This document shows, in pieces, positions 28,038-36,290 of a DNA stretch of 49,852 nt. Every line of letters starts with the position of its first letter. The first letter of the stretch is position 1. Both the position numbers and the translations under genes were made by a program. The DNA comes from a virus (lineage: Duplodnaviria; Heunggongvirae; Uroviricota; Caudoviricetes), in IMG/VR virus record IMGVR_UViG_2913167280_000010, positions 1 through 49,852 of that record; one strand, written 5' to 3'. The notes below the pieces were generated by a model. It made no database searches. It was not told the DNA's origin and saw nothing but the letters and a program-made list of their open reading frames with translations.

Positions 28038-29118
28038 TATCCACTCCCGGCATCGGCAGAGAGTTGTGGATAATTATTTCGTTATTCTCACCACCCACGC
28101 CTTTTTTGAGGTTTTCAATCTCAGTGCGCAGCTTTTCGTTGCGAAGCCTCAGTCCTTCAAGCTCCAGATCATTGCGACTGTCAGTTGCACCACCAGCAGA
28201 ACTTCCTTTCGTCGCCATTATCAGCTTGATAAGTTCGCGCCGGGCGGCAGCCTTATCCTCCAGCAGGATCTCAACACCAAATTTCCCGAGCTTTGCCCCT
28301 GCATATAATTGTCGCGCATCCCCATCAAGCAGAGTGGTATCAGCCATATAAAGCTGTCCCGTTCCCTCACCGCAGCACTTCGGACAATCCGGATTGGGTA
28401 TGGCGTTATCAACAAAGCCAAGGCCTCCATATTCCGGCTCGGATTTGCCATCTCTGGAGGCCTGTGCCGCTGCCTTATCGAATTCTGCAATATCACGCCA
28501 CTGGTAGAGGTGATTCTCGCCCCAGCAATAACGGCAGTTAACACGGCGAAATTGTGCCAACTGATTGGGGTCGGCCTGGACAATGGCCATCAACTGACTC
28601 ACCAGTAAATCCAGGTCTGCGGTATAGCGTTTCTGGTACTGATTGCGGAACCATGAGATAGCCCGATAAACCTTAACATTTCTTAACAGACGTGAGGCTG
28701 CGGCACTTGCTACGTTTCCCGTTCCCTCGTAACCCGCTAGGCGGTATGCCTCGATGAGGTTTTTACCCTGCGCAACCAGCATGGCGAATTTTGCCTGCTG
28801 GTCAGAAATGCCGAATTCATCGGGACAGAATGAAATTTCCTCCACGTCGCCCTCATTCAGGCACGCATCGGATACTGACTTTTTTTTCTGAGATTTTCCG
28901 TTCCGCTTTTGCGCAGTCTGCGCAAATTTTTTCTGCGCACTTTTTTGCGCAGTTTTGCGCACTTCTGTCTGCGCATTTTTCGGAGGTTTTTTGATGTAAC
29001 GACGGGCTGTTGCGTAATTCAATCCCCTTGCTTCACACCATGCCACCGGAGATATACCGGAGCGGGTGTATTCAGCAATATACTCCTGCTGCAACGCCCC
29101 CCAGTCCGGTCTGCTCAT
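28027..29118 (-). CDS. Terminase small subunit (HTH plus terS core plus zinc ribbon)
   Basis: 363 aa; terS-type motif QQAKFAMLVAQGKNLIEAYRLAGYEG...ASRLL; CxxC...CxxC pairs; contains a TGCGCA array. Confidence 0.65.
   Translation of the reverse strand: MSRPDWGALQQEYIAEYTRSGISPVAWCEARGLNYATARRYIKKPPKNAQTEVRKTAQKSAQKKFAQTAQKRNGKSQKKKSVSDACLNEGDVEEISFCPDEFGISDQQAKFAMLVAQGKNLIEAYRLAGYEGTGNVASAAASRLLRNVKVYRAISWFRNQYQKRYTADLDLLVSQLMAIVQADPNQLAQFRRVNCRYCWGENHLYQWRDIAEFDKAAAQASRDGKSEPEYGGLGFVDNAIPNPDCPKCCGEGTGQLYMADTTLLDGDARQLYAGAKLGKFGVEILLEDKAAARRELIKLIMATKGSSAGGATDSRNDLELEGLRLRNEKLRTEIENLKKGVGGENNEIIIHNSLPMPGVDNVD
28910..28975. repeat. Array of six palindromic TGCGCA hexamers at 10-15 bp spacing inside terS (candidate pac or terS-binding site)
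   Basis: TGCGCA at about 28910, 28919, 28934, 28946, 28956 and 28970, each flanked by T-runs. Confidence 0.5.
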
Positions 29119-29121
29119 CAG

Positions 29122-29331
29122 TTAGTCCTGATTTTTATCCACCCTGAGTAGTTCGCGCAGGGCAAAGGCATCCCCTTTTCTGGCAAGCTTAAACAATGCC
29201 GCCCGTATCTCGGCTTCACCTTTCGCTCTGCCCTTACGGATGGACGTGTAAAAATTTGTCATTGCTTCCCGATTTTCTTTCAGTCGGTTCAGATCAACAT
29301 CCAGAACGTCAGCGATTTGTTGTGCAGTCAT
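29122..29331 (-). CDS. Small HTH-like protein (about 69 aa; start alternatively at 29373)
   Basis: ORF between the GT-A-like gene and terS; MTAQQIADVLDV... helix-turn-helix-like N-terminus. Confidence 0.4.
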   Translation of the reverse strand: MTAQQIADVLDVDLNRLKENREAMTNFYTSIRKGRAKGEAEIRAALFKLARKGDAFALRELLRVDKNQD

Positions 29332-30241
29332 CCGGCACGCTGCCAGAGACTCGACTTTCGAATACGGAATCATTTGTCACCCCCATTGATATGCAGGGTG
29401 TCTTCTTCCTGTATTTTTCGTGAAGGATTTTTACTGCAGCGTTGTTCCAGGTGACCTGATGGTGAATGCGTTTATGGCTGGCGCCCATCAGTGAGATTTT
29501 TACGCACGACGGCGCATGCATGACGGAGTAAAAACTTTTAACATAGGTTCCGGAATCCAGATACAGCTCGGTCATTCCGCCGCTGTTTTTCTGCGTCTGT
29601 TTCTGCCCTAACTGGACAGCACCGATCGTCATAAACAATTCACCACAGCGACCGAGATTCGTGTACGTATTCACATCCTCGTTAATGCGCCCCATGAATG
29701 AGAACGGTCGATCAACGGAACAGATAAAACTGTTCATTGCCTTGCGTTTCACCCACGAAGCATGGCCGCCATTGTCACCAAGAAAATCCCCGCCCTGCGA
29801 CATAGCGATGGAAAGCGCAGGTATTGATTCGTAATACGCCAGCATCTCAGAAAGGATCGCATCCAGTTTCCTTATCGGGAAATAGGCCTGGTCATAGTTG
29901 CGATCCACCCGAAACTGGAACTCGTGATAATCATCATCGAGCTGAATGAAGTATTTACACCCGACCAGTTTTACCAGGTCGAAACAGGCATTACGGGCGT
30001 AAAAAATTGAGCGGCGATCACCGAAATTATCGGCTTCGTCAAAACGACTGGCTATATCGGCTTTGGAAAACACCAGCACCTGTTCACCAAATTCAGCTAT
30101 GTACTGATGCCGTGTCTTATCTTCATCATCAACAACGATAAAAACTTTCCCGGTATAGCCAGCACGACGCAACGTCCGGTAAGTCAGAACTTTGTCCGGG
30201 CGCCCGTGAGTCAGAATAAAGGCGCAAAAATCATCACGCAT
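29309..30241 (-). CDS. GT-A-fold-like (DxD) putative glycosyl/nucleotidyl transferase, 310 aa
   Basis: Start ATG overlaps the ParB-like stop (ATGCGTGA) with GGAGG RBS; motifs CAFILTHGRP, KVFIVVDDED, FIQLDDDYHEF. Confidence 0.5.
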   Translation of the reverse strand: MRDDFCAFILTHGRPDKVLTYRTLRRAGYTGKVFIVVDDEDKTRHQYIAEFGEQVLVFSKADIASRFDEADNFGDRRSIFYARNACFDLVKLVGCKYFIQLDDDYHEFQFRVDRNYDQAYFPIRKLDAILSEMLAYYESIPALSIAMSQGGDFLGDNGGHASWVKRKAMNSFICSVDRPFSFMGRINEDVNTYTNLGRCGELFMTIGAVQLGQKQTQKNSGGMTELYLDSGTYVKSFYSVMHAPSCVKISLMGASHKRIHHQVTWNNAAVKILHEKYRKKTPCISMGVTNDSVFESRVSGSVPDDCTTNR

Positions 30242-31025
30242 ATTCCTCCTCCTCCCCGCCATGCATGATCTCCACCATGCGCTGCGTCATCCGGACAAAT
30301 CCATTTTCAATAGCCTGCTGATAATCAATGATCACCAGCGCCGACTCCTCAAAAAGGCTCTGAATTTCAGCGGGGGCGTGAGCGTAATAGTCCGCAATTC
30401 TGCTAAAATTAAACACCGTGTGACGTTCTGCCGCGCACAGGAGGAATTTTTCGATATCAGGCTCAAGGGACGCCGAACGTATCCGGCTGACCAGCTCCTG
30501 AGTTTTCGTATCGTCGTACAGTTCACTGATATCCGGTTTACCGCCCGACGGCTTATAAACAGGCGTATCAATTTTCGTCGTATACGGCTCCTCCTCATTT
30601 CCTGTACCGGGCAAAACATCCGTCAACAACTCATCAATTTCTGTCGGGCTGAAGCCTGTCAGGGAGACATCAAAATCAGCATTGATTAGGTCCGACAGCT
30701 CCATCCGTAACAGATCTTCATCCCAGCCAGCATTCATCGGCAGGCGATTATCTGCCAGGCGGTACGCCTTTTTCTGCTCATCCGTCAGGCCAGACAGAAC
30801 AATGACCGGAACAGAATCCATTTTGAGCATTTCAGCCGCCATAACACGACCGTGACCCGCAATAATTTCGCCCTTTTCGTCAATCAGCACCGGATTAGTC
30901 CAGCCGAATTGCTTTATGCTTTCTACCAGTTGTGCCACCTGTTCAGGGCTGTGTGTCCTGGCGTTGTGTGCATACGGAGACAGTTCTTGTAAAGGGCGAT
31001 AGACGATCTTCAATTTCTCGCTCAT
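30234..31025 (-). CDS. ParB-like nuclease domain protein (ParB/Srx fold), 263 aa
   Basis: N-terminal ParB-N-like region (VYRPLQELSPYAHNARTH...AGHGRVMAA); acidic C-terminus; upstream of terminase. Confidence 0.75.
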   Translation of the reverse strand: MSEKLKIVYRPLQELSPYAHNARTHSPEQVAQLVESIKQFGWTNPVLIDEKGEIIAGHGRVMAAEMLKMDSVPVIVLSGLTDEQKKAYRLADNRLPMNAGWDEDLLRMELSDLINADFDVSLTGFSPTEIDELLTDVLPGTGNEEEPYTTKIDTPVYKPSGGKPDISELYDDTKTQELVSRIRSASLEPDIEKFLLCAAERHTVFNFSRIADYYAHAPAEIQSLFEESALVIIDYQQAIENGFVRMTQRMVEIMHGGEEEEYA

Positions 31026-31428
31026 ACAGACTCGCTTTATGAATAAAAAAGCCCGCTATCGGCCAGTGCGCTGGGTGCGCGGCGGGTGCTGATAACGAGC
31101 TTTGACATTATCGCAGCCCCTCACACTGAAGGGCTGCTGTAATGCCTGTTACTCACGAATCAAACGAGCATGCTGACCACTCATTTCAATGCGTAAGTAT
31201 TGTGGCTTGCCGTCAATCAACGCGGTGATTAACTTGTCACCTGTAGGTTTCCACATAATTTTCTCCTGTTTTAATGCCCCTTGCCGCCGGGCAGTTGATC
31301 AAATTTCATCTTGATTCGGCAAGATTTAGAATGAATAAGATAAAATTGGCACACGCAGCAGAATTCCATGCTTTCAGGACGCTGGCGCACCCTTCATTTT
31401 CAGCAAAATATTCTGCTCTTACAGGCGA

Positions 31429-31611
31429 TCAGTTCTGCATACACTGCCGAACACCGTCGACAATTTCACAGACCTGAGAAGCTGTATCGAAAAGCTGGCG
31501 CGCCTTATCCAGGCTGACGCACCCCACCAGGAAAAAAGGCACCAGTATCGCTACCAGTGCCCATTTCACCGCCGTTCGCGGCATTCTGTGTGTCCAGTGT
31601 TTTCGCGTCAT
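31429..31611 (-). CDS. Small lipoprotein (60 aa; lipobox LVGC, 3 Cys in mature part)
   Basis: Signal plus lipobox; not proline-rich, so not a typical o-spanin. Confidence 0.5.
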   Translation of the reverse strand: MTRKHWTHRMPRTAVKWALVAILVPFFLVGCVSLDKARQLFDTASQVCEIVDGVRQCMQN

Positions 31612-31612
31612 G

Positions 31613-31765
31613 TCACCACCAACGCACAGCCCAAATCAGAACAGCGACCGCCACAAGGCGAATTGCAAAGGCCGCAGCCCTTGTCAAATCAAGGCTCGCG
31701 GGAGTTTCCACTTCAATACCTTTCATAATGGACAACCTCAAAAAGAATCTTTTATACTTTCCCAT
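31613..31765 (-). CDS. Small tail-anchored membrane protein (about 50 aa)
   Basis: ATG with GGAGA RBS; C-terminal hydrophobic helix (AAAFAIRLVAVAVLIWAVRWW); stop 1 nt before the lipoprotein start; below the ORF-track size cut-off. Confidence 0.3.
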   Translation of the reverse strand: MGKYKRFFLRLSIMKGIEVETPASLDLTRAAAFAIRLVAVAVLIWAVRWW

Positions 31766-31851
31766 GAGGATTTTCTCCGTACTCACTGTTCACAATTTCC
31801 TCACCTCATGCTGTTTTGCAACTTATTGTTCCTTTTCATGGCGTGAAAACT

Positions 31852-31890
31852 AAAAACCCCGGACTGTTCCAGCAGCCGGGGTTTTGTTTT
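31852..31890. terminator. Hairpin terminator downstream of the endolysin gene
   Basis: AAAAA-CCCCGGACTGTTCCAGCAGCCGGGG-TTTTGTTTT; near-identical to 11996..12036. Confidence 0.45.
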
Positions 31891-31892
31891 GC

Positions 31893-32276
31893 TTATCGTT
31901 TCAACTGAAAGTGAGGCCCGTCTTTCAGTGTTTTCCAGTCCCCGCCCCATTCGATGGCAGTTCCCAGCTCTGCGGCAGCCTGCTTAAATGCCTGCGCGAT
32001 TTTCTCGTACAGAGGCCAGTCCCATGACACCTGGCTGCCAATGTAGGCAACAACATCCACCGCATCACCGGTCAGGTGGCGGCTGTTCATGGTCTGGCTT
32101 TTCCCTTCCGCGACCAGCTGTTTCTGGCGATACTTACTGCGCAGGCCTTCCGTAATACCGAAATCAACCTCCGTCAGCTCCAGCGCACGGCGAACTACAG
32201 CAACCAGCTGTGGTTTGACTCCATCCAGATTTTTTTCACTGCGACGGCTGAATCTGAATTTACCCGACATATTCAC
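31893..32276 (-). CDS. Endolysin, peptidase M15-like (L-alanyl-D-glutamate peptidase type)
   Basis: 127 aa; SRHLTGDAVD zinc-binding-type motif and C-terminal DGPHFQ; follows two membrane-protein genes. Confidence 0.7.
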   Translation of the reverse strand: MNMSGKFRFSRRSEKNLDGVKPQLVAVVRRALELTEVDFGITEGLRSKYRQKQLVAEGKSQTMNSRHLTGDAVDVVAYIGSQVSWDWPLYEKIAQAFKQAAAELGTAIEWGGDWKTLKDGPHFQLKR

Positions 32277-32548
32277 CTCAACAATGGAAAGATTTTTGTG
32301 ACGTTCCCGCGTGCGCGTATCACCAGCACGCAGAACAGCAGATTAAAAAACACTTCAGGCCAGCCCGTTGCTAACGGGCGACCACACAGATAGCTGAGGG
32401 GCGCAAAGGCATACAGCAGCATCAGCAGCCAGGCCAGCCATGACATCAGCGGTTTATGTCTGGAATCACGGCGACGATAAAAAAAGAGCGTCAGCACGAT
32501 AACCGTGCATAACGCCACATTCAGCAATCCGGGAAGGCTACTTAACAT
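32273..32548 (-). CDS. Lysis-cassette membrane protein (holin/antiholin-like, about 91 aa)
   Basis: Track ORF trimmed to the ATG at 32548 with GGAGG RBS; multiple TM helices; overlaps the endolysin start. Confidence 0.45.
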   Translation of the reverse strand: MLSSLPGLLNVALCTVIVLTLFFYRRRDSRHKPLMSWLAWLLMLLYAFAPLSYLCGRPLATGWPEVFFNLLFCVLVIRARGNVTKIFPLLR

Positions 32549-32930
32549 TGCCGCCTCCTCCACCCCGCAGGCGGGAGAACAGGCCGGACACCAGCGATGC
32601 AATATCCTGCTGGTGGATGAACGAGAGAATCTTCACCGACACCACTGACACCAGTACTGCACACAATGCGTCGACAGGTGCACCGTCAAACTCTGTATGC
32701 TTTACCAGCCAGGATGCCAGAACCTCTGCGCCCAGCACGCCAATAATGAACGACACCAGAAAATGCGCTGCCACACGCCAGGCTGAAAGCGCCTGCGGCA
32801 TCGTTGCCACAAATAACGCCCCGGCAAACGCACCAAACACAATCCCGAAATCCGTTCCGGTAAACAGCCCGAATACCGTCGCCCCACCGAGCGCCGCAGC
32901 CGTGCCGGAACCGGACAAGGGTTCAGACAT
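32538..32930 (-). CDS. Holin-like membrane protein (about 130 aa)
   Basis: ATG at 32930 with AGGAGA RBS; Gly/Ala-rich TM helices; first gene of the lysis cassette. Confidence 0.5.
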   Translation of the reverse strand: MSEPLSGSGTAAALGGATVFGLFTGTDFGIVFGAFAGALFVATMPQALSAWRVAAHFLVSFIIGVLGAEVLASWLVKHTEFDGAPVDALCAVLVSVVSVKILSFIHQQDIASLVSGLFSRLRGGGGGNVK

Positions 32931-32946
32931 ACTTTTTTCTCCTGTA

Positions 32947-32972
32947 AATAAAAAAGGGCCACCAGCGGCCCG
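32947..32972 (-). terminator. Intrinsic terminator hairpin immediately upstream of the holin RBS
   Basis: Minus strand GGGCCGCUGGUGGCCC followed by UUUUUUAUUU. Confidence 0.4.
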
Positions 32973-33296
32973 TAAAAAACACCCCGTCAAAAACACCGGC
33001 ATCCGCAGATGCCCTTTGCGTGGCGTTATTTGATGCGCACCAGATGTGGCGCAAAGAAATGAAATAAGACTTATCGGAAATTAAGGTTAATTTGAGGATT
33101 TAAACCACTTCTGAAGCTTAGTAGTATGAACATGTCCCCGGAAGGGGGCCAATACTTATTATTCTTCATGGACTTTGTCCCGCGGTCTTAATCCGACGAC
33201 CGCGCTACTTTTCACCCTCTCGCAAATTGCTATCCAAAGGACGTTGTCCCACGAGTATTCCTGGATGCTCGTGTCTTTTTTGTCTTGAGAAAGGAA

Positions 33297-33323
33297 TAAA
33301 AAAAACCGCCAGATATGGCGGTT
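33297..33323 (-). terminator. Intrinsic terminator in the Q-to-lysis intergenic region
   Basis: Minus strand ACCGCCAUAUCUGGCGGU followed by U8. Confidence 0.45.
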
Positions 33324-33687
33324 GGTCAATGCAAGGGATGAATTTTTTAATTGTTATTAAACCGAGGCGTCGGGTGCCTCCCGAAGTATTCCGTGTTGTA
33401 TGGATACTGTGGTTTCCCGCTAAACCGACTCTTTAAACCCCCCTCGCACTGAGGAGCGCCTCTGTGGTGCGATTTACAACACCAGAATGATGCATCACCG
33501 ACCCTGCCAGGAAATACAAAATCTCCACCGATAATGCACCATTCTGCTGCCGTAAAAAAATCAGCACTGAGGCTACACCCGGCCTCAAATCATAGCCAGA
33601 GAACAGAATGCTTTTTCAAAACAACCTGCTCTCACGTAATAAAAAAATACGCCAGTGCCGCAATACAATAAGGCTTGTTTCAAATGC

Positions 33688-33762
<75 letters not shown>

Positions 33763-33765
33763 ATA

Positions 33766-33841
<76 letters not shown>

Positions 33842-34080
33842 ATTGGTTCTTCAGGGGAGCGATATCACCGAGCAAAGAAGAGTTCCCCCTCAGAACCGTT
33901 TTCGATGATACGATTTAATATTCCAATCGCAACAACACTTTGCGTCAAGTTATGTAAATTTATTTATATGTTTTTATTTTATGTGAATAATTCACTTTCA
34001 CTTAAAATATACATGACAATATATAAACAAATTTATTTTGAAGGAGATTATTAAATGTCGTTTCTTATATAACACCGCAG

Positions 34081-34109
34081 AAACAACAAAACCCGCTCGA
34101 TGGCGGGTT
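34081..34109 (-). terminator. tR'-like terminator about 100 nt downstream of Q
   Basis: Minus strand AACCCGCCAUCGAGCGGGUU followed by a U-rich tract; lies where lambdoid tR' is expected. Confidence 0.4.
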
Positions 34110-34205
34110 CTATTAAAGTTCAATTGCGCTTGATTCGCCTCGCGATACAGCTTTGCGAAGCGTACCGAAATTGAAGCAGTTTGTGGCTCATTTTGCAATG
34201 ATTTT

Positions 34206-34742
34206 TTAAGCATAATCGAACGCTTCTCTCATAGGTGAATACAAAATGAACTCAGCAACACGCAACCACTGATCAACACGACGTCGGCATGTAATCAACG
34301 CCCACTCTGGGTACTGTTCGTTTAATAACTCTGCCATCCTTCTCTTACTCATCCCTCGCCCTACATAACGCTGACTCAGGACATTTAGTAGTCCTGGATG
34401 ATCCGCCAGAACTTCACCTATAACACTATCAATTTTTAGTGCCTCTGCATCAGTGCAGTGAGTTAACCAGCTTTTTTGCTTTCCTTCGATCATCTCACGC
34501 AAAAATGCTTCCAACTCTGGTTTATCAATTCCCGCTTTTTTCAATCTGCGCAGGGCTTCATTGATGGCTGTTTTTGTCATTTTTTGGGATGCCAGCAACT
34601 GGTTAAACATATTCCCTGACCTGCCGCCGCCAATATACGACCAGCGCCCCCACATACGTAGTTTTCCCTGAATCCAGACACTTTCCAGCGTGGTGAGACG
34701 AAGGTGTTCTCCGCTTTTTCCTGTATTCGTTGGGTAAATCAT
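34206..34742 (-). CDS. Late-gene antiterminator Q
   Basis: Track ORF trimmed to the ATG at 34742 with AGGAGGG RBS; position upstream of the pR'/tR' region, tRNAs and lysis genes. Confidence 0.65.
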   Translation of the reverse strand: MIYPTNTGKSGEHLRLTTLESVWIQGKLRMWGRWSYIGGGRSGNMFNQLLASQKMTKTAINEALRRLKKAGIDKPELEAFLREMIEGKQKSWLTHCTDAEALKIDSVIGEVLADHPGLLNVLSQRYVGRGMSKRRMAELLNEQYPEWALITCRRRVDQWLRVAEFILYSPMREAFDYA

Positions 34743-35029
34743 AAATATCCCTCCTTTCTCCAGATTTCTTGTGTGCGAAAAACACCTTCTGCATGCATCA
34801 GGCGTAATTCTTCTTTGGTGTAATCGCTGGTTTTTACCCGCCCGTCGATTAAATCGTGGCACGAGCTACAGGCAATCGCTGCCTGCATATCGTGTGGCTT
34901 TATCGCTGTTCCGCACGTTCCCGCCAGTCGGTAATGCGCCAGCACAGACGTTTCCGGATCGTGATTGCAGTAGCCAGGAATTCTGACAGTGCACATCTGC
35001 CCCCGCGCCGCTTTACGTAAGTCCACCAT
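34739..35029 (-). CDS. YbcO-like small putative nuclease (DUF1364-like), 96 aa
   Basis: Cys-rich pattern (C..C...C..C) and nin-region position directly upstream of Q. Confidence 0.55.
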   Translation of the reverse strand: MVDLRKAARGQMCTVRIPGYCNHDPETSVLAHYRLAGTCGTAIKPHDMQAAIACSSCHDLIDGRVKTSDYTKEELRLMHAEGVFRTQEIWRKEGYL

Positions 35030-35628
35030 TACGCAAACTCCAGCAGCTGCGCGGCCACATTTTCGACCTGTTCCGGAGAGGAAAATTTACGGAACAGGAT
35101 CCAGTTCCACAGCACATTCAGTACAGATTTATAAACCTGCTGAAACTCGGTTTCGTCCATATTCGCAAACGCGATGGATTTCGCCCTGCGCCCGCGGCTA
35201 CCGTCCGGATAAATATGCTCGGTGTAAAATCCGGCCTGAATGGTTACCCACTCGCGGAAAGCCTCAAACGACTTTAGCAATGCCGTATCCCGGGTTCTGC
35301 GTGTCGCAACTGTATTCAGATATTGCTCTGCGGCATCACTCAGGGCTGGCGTATGTTCCCGGCCTACCGATTCACACAGGTAATCAACGAAACCGGACAC
35401 CAGTTTTCGTTCGCGAGGCGTGATCGCCCCACCGACCGGAGTCCAGTAATCGAATCCGAGCTGCAGGAGTTTGAAAAAACGCTTGTGGAATGCGTAGTTA
35501 CGAACACGCTTAAAGTCTGCGTGTATCCACTCACCTATTTTGATTTGATGCAGAAAATCGCAACTCTCCGGCGTCGCCGGGAGAAGTAATCCGGAAGAGG
35601 TTTGTTTGACCAGTTGTATATGCGCCAT
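35029..35628 (-). CDS. Nin-region protein (DUF1367-like candidate)
   Basis: About 200 aa ORF upstream of the ybcO-like gene. Confidence 0.4.
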   Translation of the reverse strand: MAHIQLVKQTSSGLLLPATPESCDFLHQIKIGEWIHADFKRVRNYAFHKRFFKLLQLGFDYWTPVGGAITPRERKLVSGFVDYLCESVGREHTPALSDAAEQYLNTVATRRTRDTALLKSFEAFREWVTIQAGFYTEHIYPDGSRGRRAKSIAFANMDETEFQQVYKSVLNVLWNWILFRKFSSPEQVENVAAQLLEFA

Positions 35629-35696
35629 TGCTATCTCCAATGGCGCTGTAGGTTGCCAGTTGTTCAGGCTGGCTTACGAATTATAACTCATTCCCG

Positions 35697-35870
35697 AACC
35701 ACCTTGAAACCGAGCCTTTCCAGGTATTCAATGAATGCTTCGATAGATAAAATCACATGATCATCAGGAATTAACGTAGTGTAGATAACGTCTCCATTCT
35801 CAACGCGCACAGCATAGAGGCCATTTTCACTAAAAATTTCACGTAATTCTTCGATTTTCATCAACAGAAT
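35697..35870 (-). CDS. Hypothetical small protein (57 aa)
   Basis: ATG with GGAAGGA upstream; between the hok terminator and nin genes; below the ORF-track cut-off. Confidence 0.3.
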
Positions 35871-36039
35871 CCTTCCAGATAAATAGCACTCCCCTGTTCG
35901 GGGGCCATCCCTCTTCTCCCTGCGCGCTACTTAAGAATTTTTGATTCTATGTTGACCCATTATCTGTTCAATACACCCGCGATGCCTTTACAAGCAACCG
36001 TGCTGACGCAATCAAAAAGATCAAACCCACTAAAAATAA

Positions 36040-36066
36040 ACAACAAAAAACCCGCCGAAGCGGGTT
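36040..36066 (-). terminator. Intrinsic terminator downstream of hok
   Basis: Minus strand AACCCGCUUCGGCGGGUU followed by UUUUUUGUUGUUU. Confidence 0.45.
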
Positions 36067-36134
36067 AAGTGCGGGTGCGTTGAGGATGCCTGACACATCA
36101 GAGGTGGCGAGGGATTTCTCCCCCGCCGGGTCTC

Positions 36135-36290
36135 TTACTCCTCAGATTCGTAAGCTGTGAAGACAGCGACCTCCGTCTGACCGGTTCGGATTCGTACCTC
36201 GCAGAGGTCTTTCCTCGTTACCAGTGCCGTCACTATGACGGTTAAACAGATGACGATCAGGGCGATTAACATCGCCTTTTGCTGCTTCAT
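36135..36290 (-). CDS. hok: Hok/Gef-family type I toxin (51 aa)
   Basis: MKQQKAMLIALIVICLTVIVTALVTRKDLCEVRIRTGQTEVAVFTAYESEE, the canonical Hok/Gef TM-plus-periplasmic pattern. Confidence 0.85.
   Translation of the reverse strand: MKQQKAMLIALIVICLTVIVTALVTRKDLCEVRIRTGQTEVAVFTAYESEE

Noticed and set aside
28910-28975. TGCGCA repeat array as a CRISPR-like array
   Set aside because: Hexamer repeats with 4-9 bp spacers inside a coding region; no repeat-spacer architecture and no cas genes.
31274-31477. 67-aa plus-strand ORF between ParB-like gene and the lipoprotein gene
   Set aside because: Opposite strand to all neighbours and no RBS; a 35-aa minus-strand ORF (about 31142..31249) is also present but too short and unsupported to call.
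31611-31893. Rz/Rz1-type spanin pair immediately after the endolysin
   Set aside because: The small proteins found have a C-terminal TM and a non-proline-rich lipoprotein, and are separated from the endolysin by a terminator, so they are reported as an unclassified pair instead.
33003-33687. Possible stx or other toxin genes between Q/tRNAs and the lysis genes
   Set aside because: No ORF of useful length on either strand; the only track ORF (33227..33436, plus strand, TTG start) runs through a terminator hairpin on the wrong strand.
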